Shown here in pieces: positions 1 through 9,971 of a stretch of DNA of 64,000 nucleotides (the first letter of the stretch is position 1; each line of letters begins with the position of its first letter). Under the pieces are notes generated by a model, which searched no databases, was not told the DNA's origin, and saw nothing but the letters and a program-made list of their open reading frames with translations. The stretch spans positions 8,990,001 to 9,054,000 of the forward strand of contig OZ038379.1 in NCBI GenBank assembly GCA_964036045.1, in the 5' to 3' direction. Source of the stretch: Eutreptiella sp. 'Long Island Sound 2002'. Its lineage: Eukaryota; Protista; Euglenida. Position numbers and translations under genes: made by a program.

Positions 1-385
1 GACGAATAGAAACCGGCTGGACCAGGTCCAGCTGTGGACGTGCGTCCATGTGGTGGAGTAAAGGATCGCAGCCCCCCCCCCCCGTCCTTTCGGGGACAGG
101 TTGGTGAGCAACTTGATGTCCCGTTTAGAAAATTGTTCATGCAAGTTGAGCAGGTTTTGCTCATCCGGAATGTGAGGCTCCTGGAGCCCCATGACATGGA
201 GTTTAGAGCGATGGAAAAATTTCATAATTTGTGTGTACCTGTGCTCGTGGCCTGTGCCGTTCGGGACCAGGGTGGACAAGCCGTTGGCGTTGAAGGTGCA
301 CGCCTTGAGGGAGGCTGCCACAAAATTGGGGGGGGGGGGGGCAGACGTGGATTCTGGTGACCCCCATGGGTGGGTAGTACCTTAG
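1..385 (-). CDS. LINE ORF2 N-terminus: apurinic-like (APE/EEP) endonuclease, partial
   Basis: Manual translation of a frame not listed in the ORF track: ...SLKACTFNANGLSTL...KLHVMGLQEPHIPDE...LSPKGRGGAAILYSTTW...SRFLFV. It contains the TxNxNGL, LQE and GGxAIL motifs of L1/Tx1-type endonucleases. Confidence 0.85.
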
Positions 386-1967
386 TAGTGCAAGTCTTAT
401 TAATTTGTCATTGCGGGTTGCTCTGGCATACGTGGTTTTGCCAGCTGGCTGCTGGCGTTTCCGGGCCTCCGTAGAGTCCCTCTTTAAGTCGTTAAATTCT
501 TTCAGTGGTATGATGGTGATTGATGTATTTTTCTGAGCATCATGCAGGATGACACTGGTCTGGGGTAGGTGCGGCCCTTGCAGCTTCCATGCCGCGGTGG
601 TCATGCGCCCTGGGTTCCAAGTGGATCTGGTTAATGTGTCAACAGCAAAGCCATTCGAAGACAGGAAATCGCGCAGTGCGGTGTCACGTAGCCAGATAGG
701 TACATTATACGCTACTAGGGCCTGGGGGGGGCTGGTGCCTTCTCCCTGTCCTGAAGCGGACGACCTGGTCGAGCAGACGGAGCTGGCGTCAGACTCGGAG
801 TCACGATTGAACCAGTCTCGTTATTTTTCGTCCTTGAAAAGCAGCCCGTTGGCTTGCAGTTGGACGTACGGTCCTTGTACAAAAGAGTAGAGATCCTCTG
901 GAGCCTTGAGCCCCAGGCGAACTTTATTGGGTCCTGCGATTTGCAAGGACCATGAGGCCGGTTCGGGCAGCGAGTCTGTCAGAATGGTGTGCAGGGTGAG
1001 CCATAGGTTCTTACTGTAGTGCTCTTTGTGGGTTTTTTTGTAGAAAACCTCCAGGACGGCCTCTTGATCATGGAAAGCGGAGCCATCGAACTCTCCTGGT
1101 GACATAACTGAAAAGTGATCCTTCTTATTGTGAGCGTCAATAAACTTGGACCTCTCCTGAGCGTTGAGGTCGAGCAAGAAAATCTTAGTGTGTAATGGTT
1201 TGTTGGGAGGGCGGAGATTTATGGGTCCGGCCACATTAAAACACTGGGCTCCAGATAGGCCCATGTGTAGCATGGTCTGGGACATGTCGTTCTCGGTCAT
1301 GTCAATCGCAAAAGTTGAGGTGGGGGGAGGTGGTAAGATGGCGTCCTTACTCTCTAGGGTCGAGCCCTGCGAGAGAAGCCTCACCGTGTTGTAAACCGGT
1401 TTGAGACTCTGTGAGATGGATTGCGGGGTGAAGCTGATTACCCAGAAATCCATTGTGCCTCCTGCCGCCAGATGGAAACGGCGTGTTAATCTCGAGAAAG
1501 ACTCTGGCGTGGCAGACATCTTCTGAAGTGTCTGATCGCACCACTGGCTGAAAGGAACCTGTGTGGTGACCGCAACCAGCATATCGAGACGATTAGGGGG
1601 CAGGTCTCTGTTGAGCCTGTGTTGTAATTAAATGCATTGCGAAATTTCAGTGTCCTTGAGCACAAGGACCACGTTTGAGGACTCTTTTGGAAGGACGGTT
1701 GACAGCTCATCAATACCTAGTTTGTCCAGGCCTTGCCAGTTTTGGGCATGGCCTTCCGTTTTGAAGAACTGACAGGATTGGAGACAAGTGAAATCCTTGT
1801 CCCAACGGAACCGTAACATCAGTTGTTGCTGCTCCGCGGTGTGCAGGGGGGTAGACGCTTTCGGAGTGCGTAGTTTCGCCATGCGCTCACGCATGGCGGT
1901 GACAGCAGCGACATTGTCCTGGGAGAACCCGCAGTAAACAGTGCCCAGTGCGGGGGGGGAGGTGCTT

Positions 1968-2665
1968 GGGCCATGAGGCAACGGAAACTGGGCTCGCATA
2001 CGCCCCCGTGTCACAGGCGCATGGTCATAACCACATTGTTCAGTGTTTTGCTTGCTGCACTGCAGCGTAGACCAGTTCTGTACCACACCAGCTGGTTGCT
2101 GGCTGTGCATTGGCACTGGTCCTCTGGACATTGAGGTCAGCTAGAGAGGTGCTTGGCCATAAGGCAACGGAAACTGGGTTCGCATACGCCCCCGTGTCAC
2201 AGGCGCATGGTCATAACCACATTGTTCAATGTCTTGCTTGCTGCACTGCAGCGTAGACCAGTTCTATACCACACCAGGTGGTTTCTGACTGTGCATTGGC
2301 TCTGATCCTCTGGACAGTGAGGTCAGCTCGCACCCACCACCCACCCGCAGTGCCGGTTAGACTCTAACCCTTGCCCTGCAGGTCGTGCCCCTGGCTTGCA
2401 CTCTTTCCCTGGCTCGGTAGGGCGTGCCGTTGTCGTGCCCCAGGGGGGGCCATGAGGCAACGGAGACTGGGCTCGCATACGCCCCCGTGTCACAGGCGCA
2501 TGGTCATAACCACATTGTTCAGTGTTTTGCTTGCTGCACTGCAGCGTAGACCAGTTCTGTACCACACCAGGTGGTTGCTGACTGTGCATTGGCACTGGTC
2601 CTCTGGACATTTAGGTCAGCTCGCACCCACCACCCACCCACAGTGCCGGTTAATCTCTAACCCTT
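1968..2665. repeat. Internal triplication in ORF1: about 170-bp block x3 (about 1968-2131, 2155-2318, 2447-2611) plus about 50-bp block x2
   Basis: Near-identical GGCAACGGAAACTGGG...GGTCCTCTGGACA blocks seen three times. GGTCAGCTCGCACCCACCACCCACCC...CTCTAACCCTT is seen at about 2321 and about 2614. Confidence 0.9.
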
Positions 2666-3671
2666 GCTTGGTGCTTGGGTGCTTGGGTGCTTGGGTGCTT
2701 GGGGGGGGGAGTATTATGTTGGGGGGTGTATCGGGGACTCTGTCAGGGTAGAACCCTTTAGCCTTCTTTTTGGCGGGCGAGACCCCTATGGCCACGGCCA
2801 GGCGCCGATCCATAGATGCTCGTTGGTCGACCAGCACTTGCTGTTGTCGGAGAACTTCTTCTTGCTGTGCTTTGATGGTGCTGTCAAGATTGCTGTATGG
2901 GCTCTGTAGCAGGTTGTAGATGTTCATCTTCGTTTGCGCCATTTGCTGGTTAACTTGCGTCCATTGGTCGTGTAACTTCTTGCGGGCGGGCTCATCGTTG
3001 CCTTCGATCATTTGGAGCTGCTCCTCACATTCTTTGCTTTGTGCAATTAAGAGGAAAAACGTTTTCCTCGCCTCATACAGTGGTGAGCCGTCCTCGAGCT
3101 TGTACTGCTGTAACGAGAGCCTGATCGCGGCGGCCAGGTCCTCCAACGCGGCTGTGAGCATCGCTCTGTGTTTGATTGCTTGTTGATCCTGTGGTGGGCC
3201 AGCCGCCGTTAGGATGTCCAAATGCGCACTGATGGCGGATCGTTTGTGCGTAAGATCAATGATATTTTGCGCTGCCGAGAGGGTCAGGGCCCTCATTATT
3301 TGGTCTGGTCCATTGGTGTGCTGGGCCACTTCTTCCATCACAGTGTCTGTGTTGGCTTCGGAGGCCCGTTCCATGACCTTCGTGAAGTAGGCTTGTAGGG
3401 TCTGTTGACTCTGTGACGATAGTATTTCTTTGAAGTGCTGCTTGTCTGGATCCCATTGATGCGGACCCAGAGCCGGGTTTAGGAGGGTTCCCAGAACCAC
3501 ATTAGCTTGGAGTTGTTTTTGGAGGACGATGGTCATATCTTCTAGATCTTCCTGCCTGGAGATGTCAAGCAGTTGCTGTGCGACCGGCAGGTCCACGAGC
3601 GGGATAGGGATCATGTTCAAGTCACCCGAGAAGATGGTGTTCGTAGATGTTGTTCCACTGGAGCTCGCCAT
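2616..3671 (-). pseudogene. LINE ORF1, largest intact piece (351 aa, helical/coiled-coil-like); reading continues in fragments down to about 390
   Basis: Protein-like Q/L/A/E-rich ORF upstream of the APE frame on the same strand. No family motif recognised, so assignment is by position. Confidence 0.55.
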
Positions 3672-4057
3672 ACTCAGGAAGGGGTGTCCGCCCTTTCACC
3701 AGTAAGCGGTTGCGACTGGGGGGGAGCTCAGTCACACCAACAGGACCGGGAGATGTCCACGCGTTGCCCTTGCGGCCGCGGTGGAGGTCTCTAGGCGCCT
3801 GGGGATGCAGGAGAGGACCCGGGGCCCAGAGGCTCAGTGTGCAAAGAGGCGACCGGTGTTCGGCAGACCTTCAAAAGCGCTGAGTACAGCAGGTCGTTCG
3901 TCCACTCTTGCGTACTTGTGGAGCAGTGGTGCGTCCGTTGCGGCTGGAAAGCGCTTGGAACGGCTGAGAGATCGTCTCCGTAGTACTCCTCGTTGTGGCC
4001 GATGCTTTAATTGTGCCTAGGGGCATGATCCCCGGTAGGCAGTTCATGAAAAGACAT

Positions 4058-4082
4058 CGAAAAAGGATAGACACTCAGAAAG
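4058..4082 (-). other. Genomic copy of the euglenid spliced-leader exon (retroposed trans-spliced 5' end)
   Basis: Minus strand reads CTTTCTGAGTGTCTATCCTTTTTCG against Euglena SL (A)CTTTCTGAGTGTCTATTTTTTTTCG: 23/25 identical, same length. It is followed directly by ATG (4057), not by the GT donor of an SL RNA gene. Confidence 0.85.
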
Positions 4083-4302
4083 GTGAAGGACTAGGGGCCT
4101 TTGGGGGGGGAACTTGACTGCGTGTTGGGCAGCGGAGATGGAGGGCAATCAGGTGGCGAGTGTGAACTTGGGATGGCAAAGGAGATGGACTCCATCTTGC
4201 ATTGCCGATTCACCACCCTCAACCCATCTTGGTAGTATTCCAAGTGGAGGAGTCCGTCTTTAGCCATCCCAACCACCGTGGCAGGAGGCCGCAAGCCATT
4301 TA
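4083..4302 (-). repeat. Dispersed repeat carrying a small SH3/Tudor-like ORF, truncated copy 1
   Basis: Encodes PPATVVGMAKDGLLHLEYYQDGLRVVNRQCKMESISFA, nearly identical at DNA level to about 33049-33230. Confidence 0.8.
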
Positions 4303-4549
4303 GGAAATTTGTGGTGGGGAAAGGCAGCACTCGCAACATAAAATACACTGCCCCACCACGAAAATTTTGTACACCGACACTACACGCCCCGCACTGCCCC
4401 TCAACCCTCCGAGTCCGAGCCGGTGTGGCCTAATCCCTGAAGACAATCCCTGGGACCAACCCCTCTACAAACTTGACATCTGACACTGGATTCTTGCACT
4501 TGGTGGTGGTGTCGGCTGCGCGCTAGTTACTGTGTTTTCACCAACCCAT

Positions 4550-5209
4550 GGCAGGTTGGCCCCCCTGTGGCGTCCTCCCCTTGTCTATGTTTTCCCCCAC
4601 AGGTGTGGAATGCCACTCCCCAGCGCACCGTAACCGTGCCTGTGTTCTACCTCCCATCTTCGCCCTCTTCTGTGTGTCACCAATCACTCCACAGCAGTGC
4701 GCTCTGCCCCAAGCGAAAAGTGACCCTTTGTGCCTGATTGACCAATCGTGCGTGAATGTCATCCCCCTCCCACTCTGATAGTGTATGACATGCAACCTGC
4801 TTATTCACCTCGGCCTTCAATCTTCACTCCGCTGTCTTTTTCAGCCTCCCGTCATTGTGCCGCACAGTGTTATGTGTTCATCTGTTTTTTGTTTGGTTGA
4901 GACCTAAGATTGACACGAAGAGAGCGCGTGTTCAACAGTTCCCATTTGCCCACAAGGGGGGCACCGGGCAGTGCAGGTCATTAGTCCACGTACAACGTGG
5001 TTCAGCATGCGTGACTTCCAAAAACTGTTCCACACCCGACTGGGCGTTGCACTGTGCAAACACCCCCCCCCCTTCCCCAGTCCACAGCGAACGATTGCCT
5101 GGCGTGTTCCATGCCCGTCCCCGTTCAGTACAAGTGGACAGGCCTCCAAATTGCAATCTCCCCACCACCGCAGGAAACAACACCGCATAGCCGAGCAACA
5201 ATGCGCCAA
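4550..5209 (-). mobile_element. Degenerate 3' end of a second LINE ORF2 (zf-RVT/CCHC region)
   Basis: RVWNSFWKSR...ARCPPCGQMGTVEHALSSC matches the C-x2-C-x7-H-x4-C knuckle at the C-terminus of L1-type ORF2; stops follow. Confidence 0.55.
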
Positions 5210-5486
5210 TCAATCCTTCTTCGTCGTTTTTTGTTGTTCATCTGCCAGTCCTGAGTTCGGCCTCTGTTGGGGCGCAGAATCATGGCCACGCCGCCATCCG
5301 TAATGGTTTCACTTGCTGGTCTGTCTGGGGGTGTTTCACATAAAACAGCCCCCACATTCCCAGTAGCGGTATGCACCACCATCAGGGTATGCCTTCCAGC
5401 CATGCATCTGCCAAGAGACGCCGAAAACAAAATGTGCTTTCCTGCAACAATGTCTCCATCAATCCTTCCACAATACCATCTGCCCA

Positions 5487-7124
5487 GTGGGGCCCATTGT
5501 TTGACGGGCTACATATCATCACCTTTCATTCAACTTGTGTGAGTAATAGCTCCTCACACAACGAAGGGTGGCCAAAGCAACCACGGCACAAGATGCCCGG
5601 GCAGTGCATGTAACACATGTAACATGTCGGCTGTAGGAAGGCCACGGACAATGTGGCACAGGGGCAAATGCAGGCCGCCTGCCACCGCGCAACATCAGAA
5701 CGGAGCAATGATTGAGAACGTGCAACATGTCGCTACCATCAGCAACCGCATTGGGCATGTGAGCGAATGGAAGGAATGCAAAGCAGAGCAGCCGCAAACA
5801 CTGCCAGCTTCTCAGGGATAAACAAAGGGCTGGTGTGAAGCGTGCAGTGCAAGCCAAACCCCAGCTGCTTGTGAACCACCAAGCGTCCAGCGCAGACACC
5901 CACCGTCGCTCTAGTACCGTGTGGAGGCGGTTCAGCGAACAGCAGGTGCATCCCCTGCGGGGCTGTGGGTTCATTCGAAATCCATTTCTTTGCTTCCTCG
6001 AACAACCATGTGAGATGTTGGGCATGGTTGACAGGAGATCTTTCACAACCCAGCAACTTCGCCACCAAGCTCGGAATTCCTCACTGAGGCATACAGTGCA
6101 GACAATCCGACATGAATCGCAAATCTTGTGGGGCGAGGGGGCGCAAGGGGGGTTTTCCGGTACACACAAATGCCCGAAAACATCTCATTAAGAACCGGTG
6201 TGCTTCACAAACAGAGCAGCCCTGCAAGTCGCTTGCGGGGTGCTTCACCCAGAAGGATTGCATATATGCGACCAGGAAGAGAAGCCAAACTGGATTGACA
6301 GGGAAACGGCACTAGTTTGAAGGGTGCAGTTAGACAGAGCGCATCCCGTATAAAAGACAGACTGCGCACCGCCCATCGTGGGGCCCATTGTTTGACGGGC
6401 TACATATCATCACCTTTCATTCAACTTGTGTGAGTAATAGCTCCTCACACAACGAAGGGTGGCCAAAGCAACCACGGCACAAGATGCCCGGGCAGTGCAT
6501 GTAACACATGTAACATGTCGGCTGTAGGAAGGCCACGGACAATGTGGCACAGGGGCAAATGCAGGCCGCCTGCCACCGCGCAACATCAGAACGGAGCAAT
6601 GATTGAGAACGTGCAACATGTCGCTACCATCAGCAACCGCATTGGGCATGTGAGCGAATGGAAGGAATGCAAAGCAGAGCAGCCGCAAACACTGCCAGCT
6701 TCTCAGGGATAAACAAAGGGCTGGTGTGAAGCGTGCAGTGCAAGCCAAACCCCAGCTGCTTGTGAACCACCAAGCGTCCAGCGCAGACACCCACCGTCGC
6801 TCTAGTACCGTGTGGAGGCGGTTCAGCGAACAGCAGGTGCATCCCCTGCGGGGCTGTGGGTTCATTCGAAATCCATTTCTTTGCTTCCTCGAACAACCAT
6901 GTGAGATGTTGGGCATGGTTGACAGGAGATCTTTCACAACCCAGCAACTTCGCCACCAAGCTCGGAATTCCTCACTGAGGCATACAGTGCAGACAATCCG
7001 ACATGAATCGCAAATCTTGTGGGGCGAGGGGGCGCAAGGGGGGTTTTCCGGTACACACAAATGCCCGAAAACATCTCATTAAGAACCGGTGTGCTTCACA
7101 AACAGAGCAGCCCTGCAAGTCGCT
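5487..7124. repeat. Two apparently identical 747-bp direct repeats (5487-6233, 6378-7124) with a unique 144-bp spacer
   Basis: Offset is 891 bp throughout; five ORF-track translations recur unchanged in both copies. Confidence 0.92.
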
Positions 7125-7435
7125 CCCTCCCTCTTTGTCTCTCTTTGCCCCTCTTCCCCTCGCTCGCTCTCTCTCTATTCTCTCCTTCTCTTGTCTTGTC
7201 AGTGACTGCACAAGGCACGCTACATGCTACGCACTACTCCAGACATACTGTCCAACACAGCCTGCCAATTGACCACCTGGTGGTAGCGGAAATGGGTAGT
7301 GGTTGTGGGTCAATGGTGATGTAGATGCTCTGCTGACCCACTTCCAGTACAACAGTATTCCTAGATGGCTGGCAATGCAAAAGGACGACGTTGCTCATCT
7401 ACGGCCAGACAAACCACTGAGGCTGAAGCTGAGGC

Positions 7436-9762
7436 TCAAGGGTCAGAGTATGCAACAAGGGGGCCTCCTTCAGTGCTGCAAGTGCTTGGGCCCCACTAGC
7501 TCCTACTGAATTGACCGAAAGATTCAGGGTCAGAATATGCAACAAGGGGGCCTCCTTCAGTGCTGCAAGTGCTCGGGCCCCACTGGCTCCTACTGATTTC
7601 CCCGAAAGAGGATCAGAGTATGCAACAAGGGGGCCTCCTTCAGTGCTGCAAGTGCTTGGGCCCCACTAGCTCCTACTGAATTGACGGAAAGATTCAGGGT
7701 CAGAGTATGCAACAAGGGGGCCTCCTTCAGTGCTGCAAGTGCTCGGGCCCCACTGGCTCCTACTGATTTCCCCGAAAGAGGATCAGAGTATGCAACAAGG
7801 GGGCCTCCTTCAGTGCTGCAAGTGCTTGGGCCCCACTGGCTCCTACTGAATTGTTCTGAAGATTCAGGGTCAGAGTATGCAGCAAGGGGGCCTCCTTGAG
7901 TGCTGCGAGTGCTTGGGCCCCACTGTCTCCTACTGAATTGCCCAAAAGATCAAGGGTCAGAGTATGCAACAAGGGGGTCTCCTTCAGCGCTGCAAGTGCT
8001 TGGGCCCCACTGGCTCCTACTGAATTGCACTGAAGATGAAGGGTCAGAGTATGCAACAAGGGGGCCTCCTTCAGTGCTGCAAGTGCTTGGGCCCCACTAG
8101 CTCCTACTGAATTGTACCGAAGGATCAGGGTCAGAGTATGCAGCAAAGGGGCCTTCTTCAGCGCTGCAAGTGCTTGGGCCCCACTGGCTCCTACTGAATT
8201 GTACTGAAGATCAAGGGTCAGAGTATGCAACAAAGGGGCCTCCTTCAGTGCTGCAAGTGCTTGGGCCCCACTAGCTCCTACTGAATTGTCCGAAAGATCA
8301 AGGGTCAGAGTGTGCAACAAGGGGGCCTCCTTCAGTGCTGCAAGTGCTTGGGCCCCACTAGCTCCTACTGAATTGTCCGAAAGATCAAGGGTCAGAGTGT
8401 GCAACAAGGGGGCCTTCTTCAGCGCTGCAAGTGCTTGGGCCCCACTGTCTCCCACTAAATTGTACTGAAGATTCAGGGTCAGAGTATGCAACAAGGGGGC
8501 CTCCTTCAGTGCTGCAAGTGCTTGGGCCCCACTAGCTCCTACTGAATTGTCCGAAACATCAAGGGTCAGAGTGTGCAACAAGGGGGCCTCCTTCAGTGCT
8601 GCAAGTGCTTGTGTCCCACTGTCTCCTACTGAATTGGCCGAAAGATTCAGGGTCAGAGTATGCAGCAAGGGGGCCTTCTTCAGCGCTGCAAGTGCTCGGG
8701 CCCCACTGTCTCCTACTGAATTGTACTGAAGATCAAGGGTCAGAGTATGCAACAAGGGGGCCTCCTTCAGTGCTGCGAGTGCTTGGGCCCCACTAGCTCC
8801 TACTGAAGTGGAGGAAAGATCAAGGGTCAGAGTATGCAGCAAGGGGGCCTCCTTCAGCGCTGCAAGTGCTTGGGCCCCACTAGCTCCTACTGAATTGACC
8901 GAAAGATCAAGGGTCAGAGTGTGCAACAAGGGGGCCTCCTTCAGTGCTGCAAAAGCTCGGGCCCCACTGGCTCCTACTGAATTGCGCCGGAGATTCAGGG
9001 TCAGAGTATGCAGCAAGGGGGCCTTCTTCAGCGCTGCAAGTGCTTGGGCCCCACTGGCTCCTACTGCATTGACCGAAAGATCAAGGGTCAGAGTATGCAG
9101 CGATGGGGCCTCCTTCAGTGCTGCAAGTGCTTGGGCCCCACTGTCTCCTACTGAATTGCGCCGAAGATTCAGGGTCAGAGTATGCAGCAAGGGGGCCTCC
9201 TTCAGCGCTGCAAGTGCTTGGGCCCCACTGTCTCCTACTGAATTGTCCTGAAGATCAAGGGTCAGAGTATGCAACAAGGGGGCCTCCTTCAGTGCTGCAA
9301 GTGCTTGTGTCCCACTGTCTCCTACTGAATTGCGCCGAAGATTCAGGGTCAGAGTATGCAGCAAGGGGGCCTTCTTCAGCGCTGCAAGTGCTTGGGCCCC
9401 ACTGTCTCCTACTGAATTGGAGGAAAGATCAAGGGTCAGAGTGTGCAACAAGGGGGCCTCCTTCAGCGCTGCAAGTGCTTGGGCCCCACTGGCTCCTACT
9501 GAATTGTCCTGAAGATCAAGGGTCAGAGTATGCAACAAGGGGGCCTCCTTCAGTGCTGCAAGTGCTTGTGTCCCACTGTCTCCTACTGAATTGCGCCGAA
9601 GATTCAGGGTCAGAGTATGCAACAAAGGGGCCTCCTTCAGCGCTGCAAGTGCTTGGGCCCCACTAGCTCCTACTGAATTGTCCGAAAGATCAAGGGTCAG
9701 AGTGTGCAACAAGGGGGCCTCCTTCAGTGCTGCAAGTGCTTGGGCCCCACTGGCTCCGACAG
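7436..9762 (-). repeat. 87-bp coding tandem array (LRR units), extending about 320 bp past the stop codon
   Basis: AGGGTCAGAGTATGCAACAAGGGGGCC recurs every 87 bp. Two units near the 3' end are 83 bp (same 4-bp deletion). Confidence 0.95.
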
Positions 9763-9964
9763 AGGGCACTAGAAAATGTAGTGCTCGTACATTCCCTATC
9801 AGTCCCTCCATACACGGCACAATCTGCTCTGCCCCACAATTGATCTTCACATAACGATGGCTCCCAAGTACTTTCCTCAGCCTCTTGCACACTTGACTCA
9901 GTGACTCTGACTGCAGAAACTCTGCAATGGCATCCCATACTTCCTCAGGCAATGGAGGTATCAT
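7760..9964 (-). CDS. F-box / leucine-rich-repeat protein (RNI-like 29-aa LRRs, 22 complete units), intronless, 734 aa, C-terminus truncated by a frameshift
   Basis: N-terminal F-box-like motif LPEEVWDAIAEFL...SLSQVCKRLRKVL. Repeat consensus LHTLTLxLxxNSVGASGAQALAALKEAPL with 87-bp period. Confidence 0.88.
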   Translation of the reverse strand: MIPPLPEEVWDAIAEFLQSESLSQVCKRLRKVLGSHRYVKINCGAEQIVPCMEGLIGNVRALHFLVPSVGASGAQALAALKEAPLLHTLTLDLSDNSVGASGAQALAALKEAPLLHTLTLNLRRNSVGDSGTQALAALKEAPLLHTLTLDLQDNSVGASGAQALAALKEAPLLHTLTLDLSSNSVGDSGAQALAALKKAPLLHTLTLNLRRNSVGDSGTQALAALKEAPLLHTLTLDLQDNSVGDSGAQALAALKEAPLLHTLTLNLRRNSVGDSGAQALAALKEAPSLHTLTLDLSVNAVGASGAQALAALKKAPLLHTLTLNLRRNSVGASGARAFAALKEAPLLHTLTLDLSVNSVGASGAQALAALKEAPLLHTLTLDLSSTSVGASGAQALAALKEAPLLHTLTLDLQYNSVGDSGARALAALKKAPLLHTLTLNLSANSVGDSGTQALAALKEAPLLHTLTLDVSDNSVGASGAQALAALKEAPLLHTLTLNLQYNLVGDSGAQALAALKKAPLLHTLTLDLSDNSVGASGAQALAALKEAPLLHTLTLDLSDNSVGASGAQALAALKEAPLLHTLTLDLQYNSVGASGAQALAALKKAPLLHTLTLILRYNSVGASGAQALAALKEAPLLHTLTLHLQCNSVGASGAQALAALKETPLLHTLTLDLLGNSVGDSGAQALAALKEAPLLHTLTLNLQNNSVGASGAQALAALKEAPLLHTLILFRGNQ

Positions 9965-9971
9965 TTTGAGC

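Larger units (their letters stand above)
1..4082 (-). mobile_element. 5' portion of an APE-type non-LTR retrotransposon (LINE): SL-capped 5' end, disrupted ORF1 and start of ORF2; continues beyond the left window edge
   Basis: APE endonuclease N-terminus at 1-385, preceded by coding-like ORF1 pieces (2616-3671, 1628-2131, 821-1582, about 390-700) broken by stops, frameshifts and an internal triplication. The 5' boundary is a spliced-leader copy abutting an unrelated repeat. Confidence 0.8.

Noticed and set aside
4058-4085. SL RNA gene
   Set aside because: The exon is followed by ATG instead of the GT donor and SL intron, and there is no tandem SL or 5S context.
5519-7060. Duplicated 216-aa Cys-rich ORF as a gene
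   Set aside because: No recognisable motif, several overlapping ORFs of similar quality, and no splice or start context; kept only as a duplicated block.
7681-9854. Plus-strand repetitive ORFs over the LRR gene
   Set aside because: Antisense shadows of the 87-bp coding repeat.
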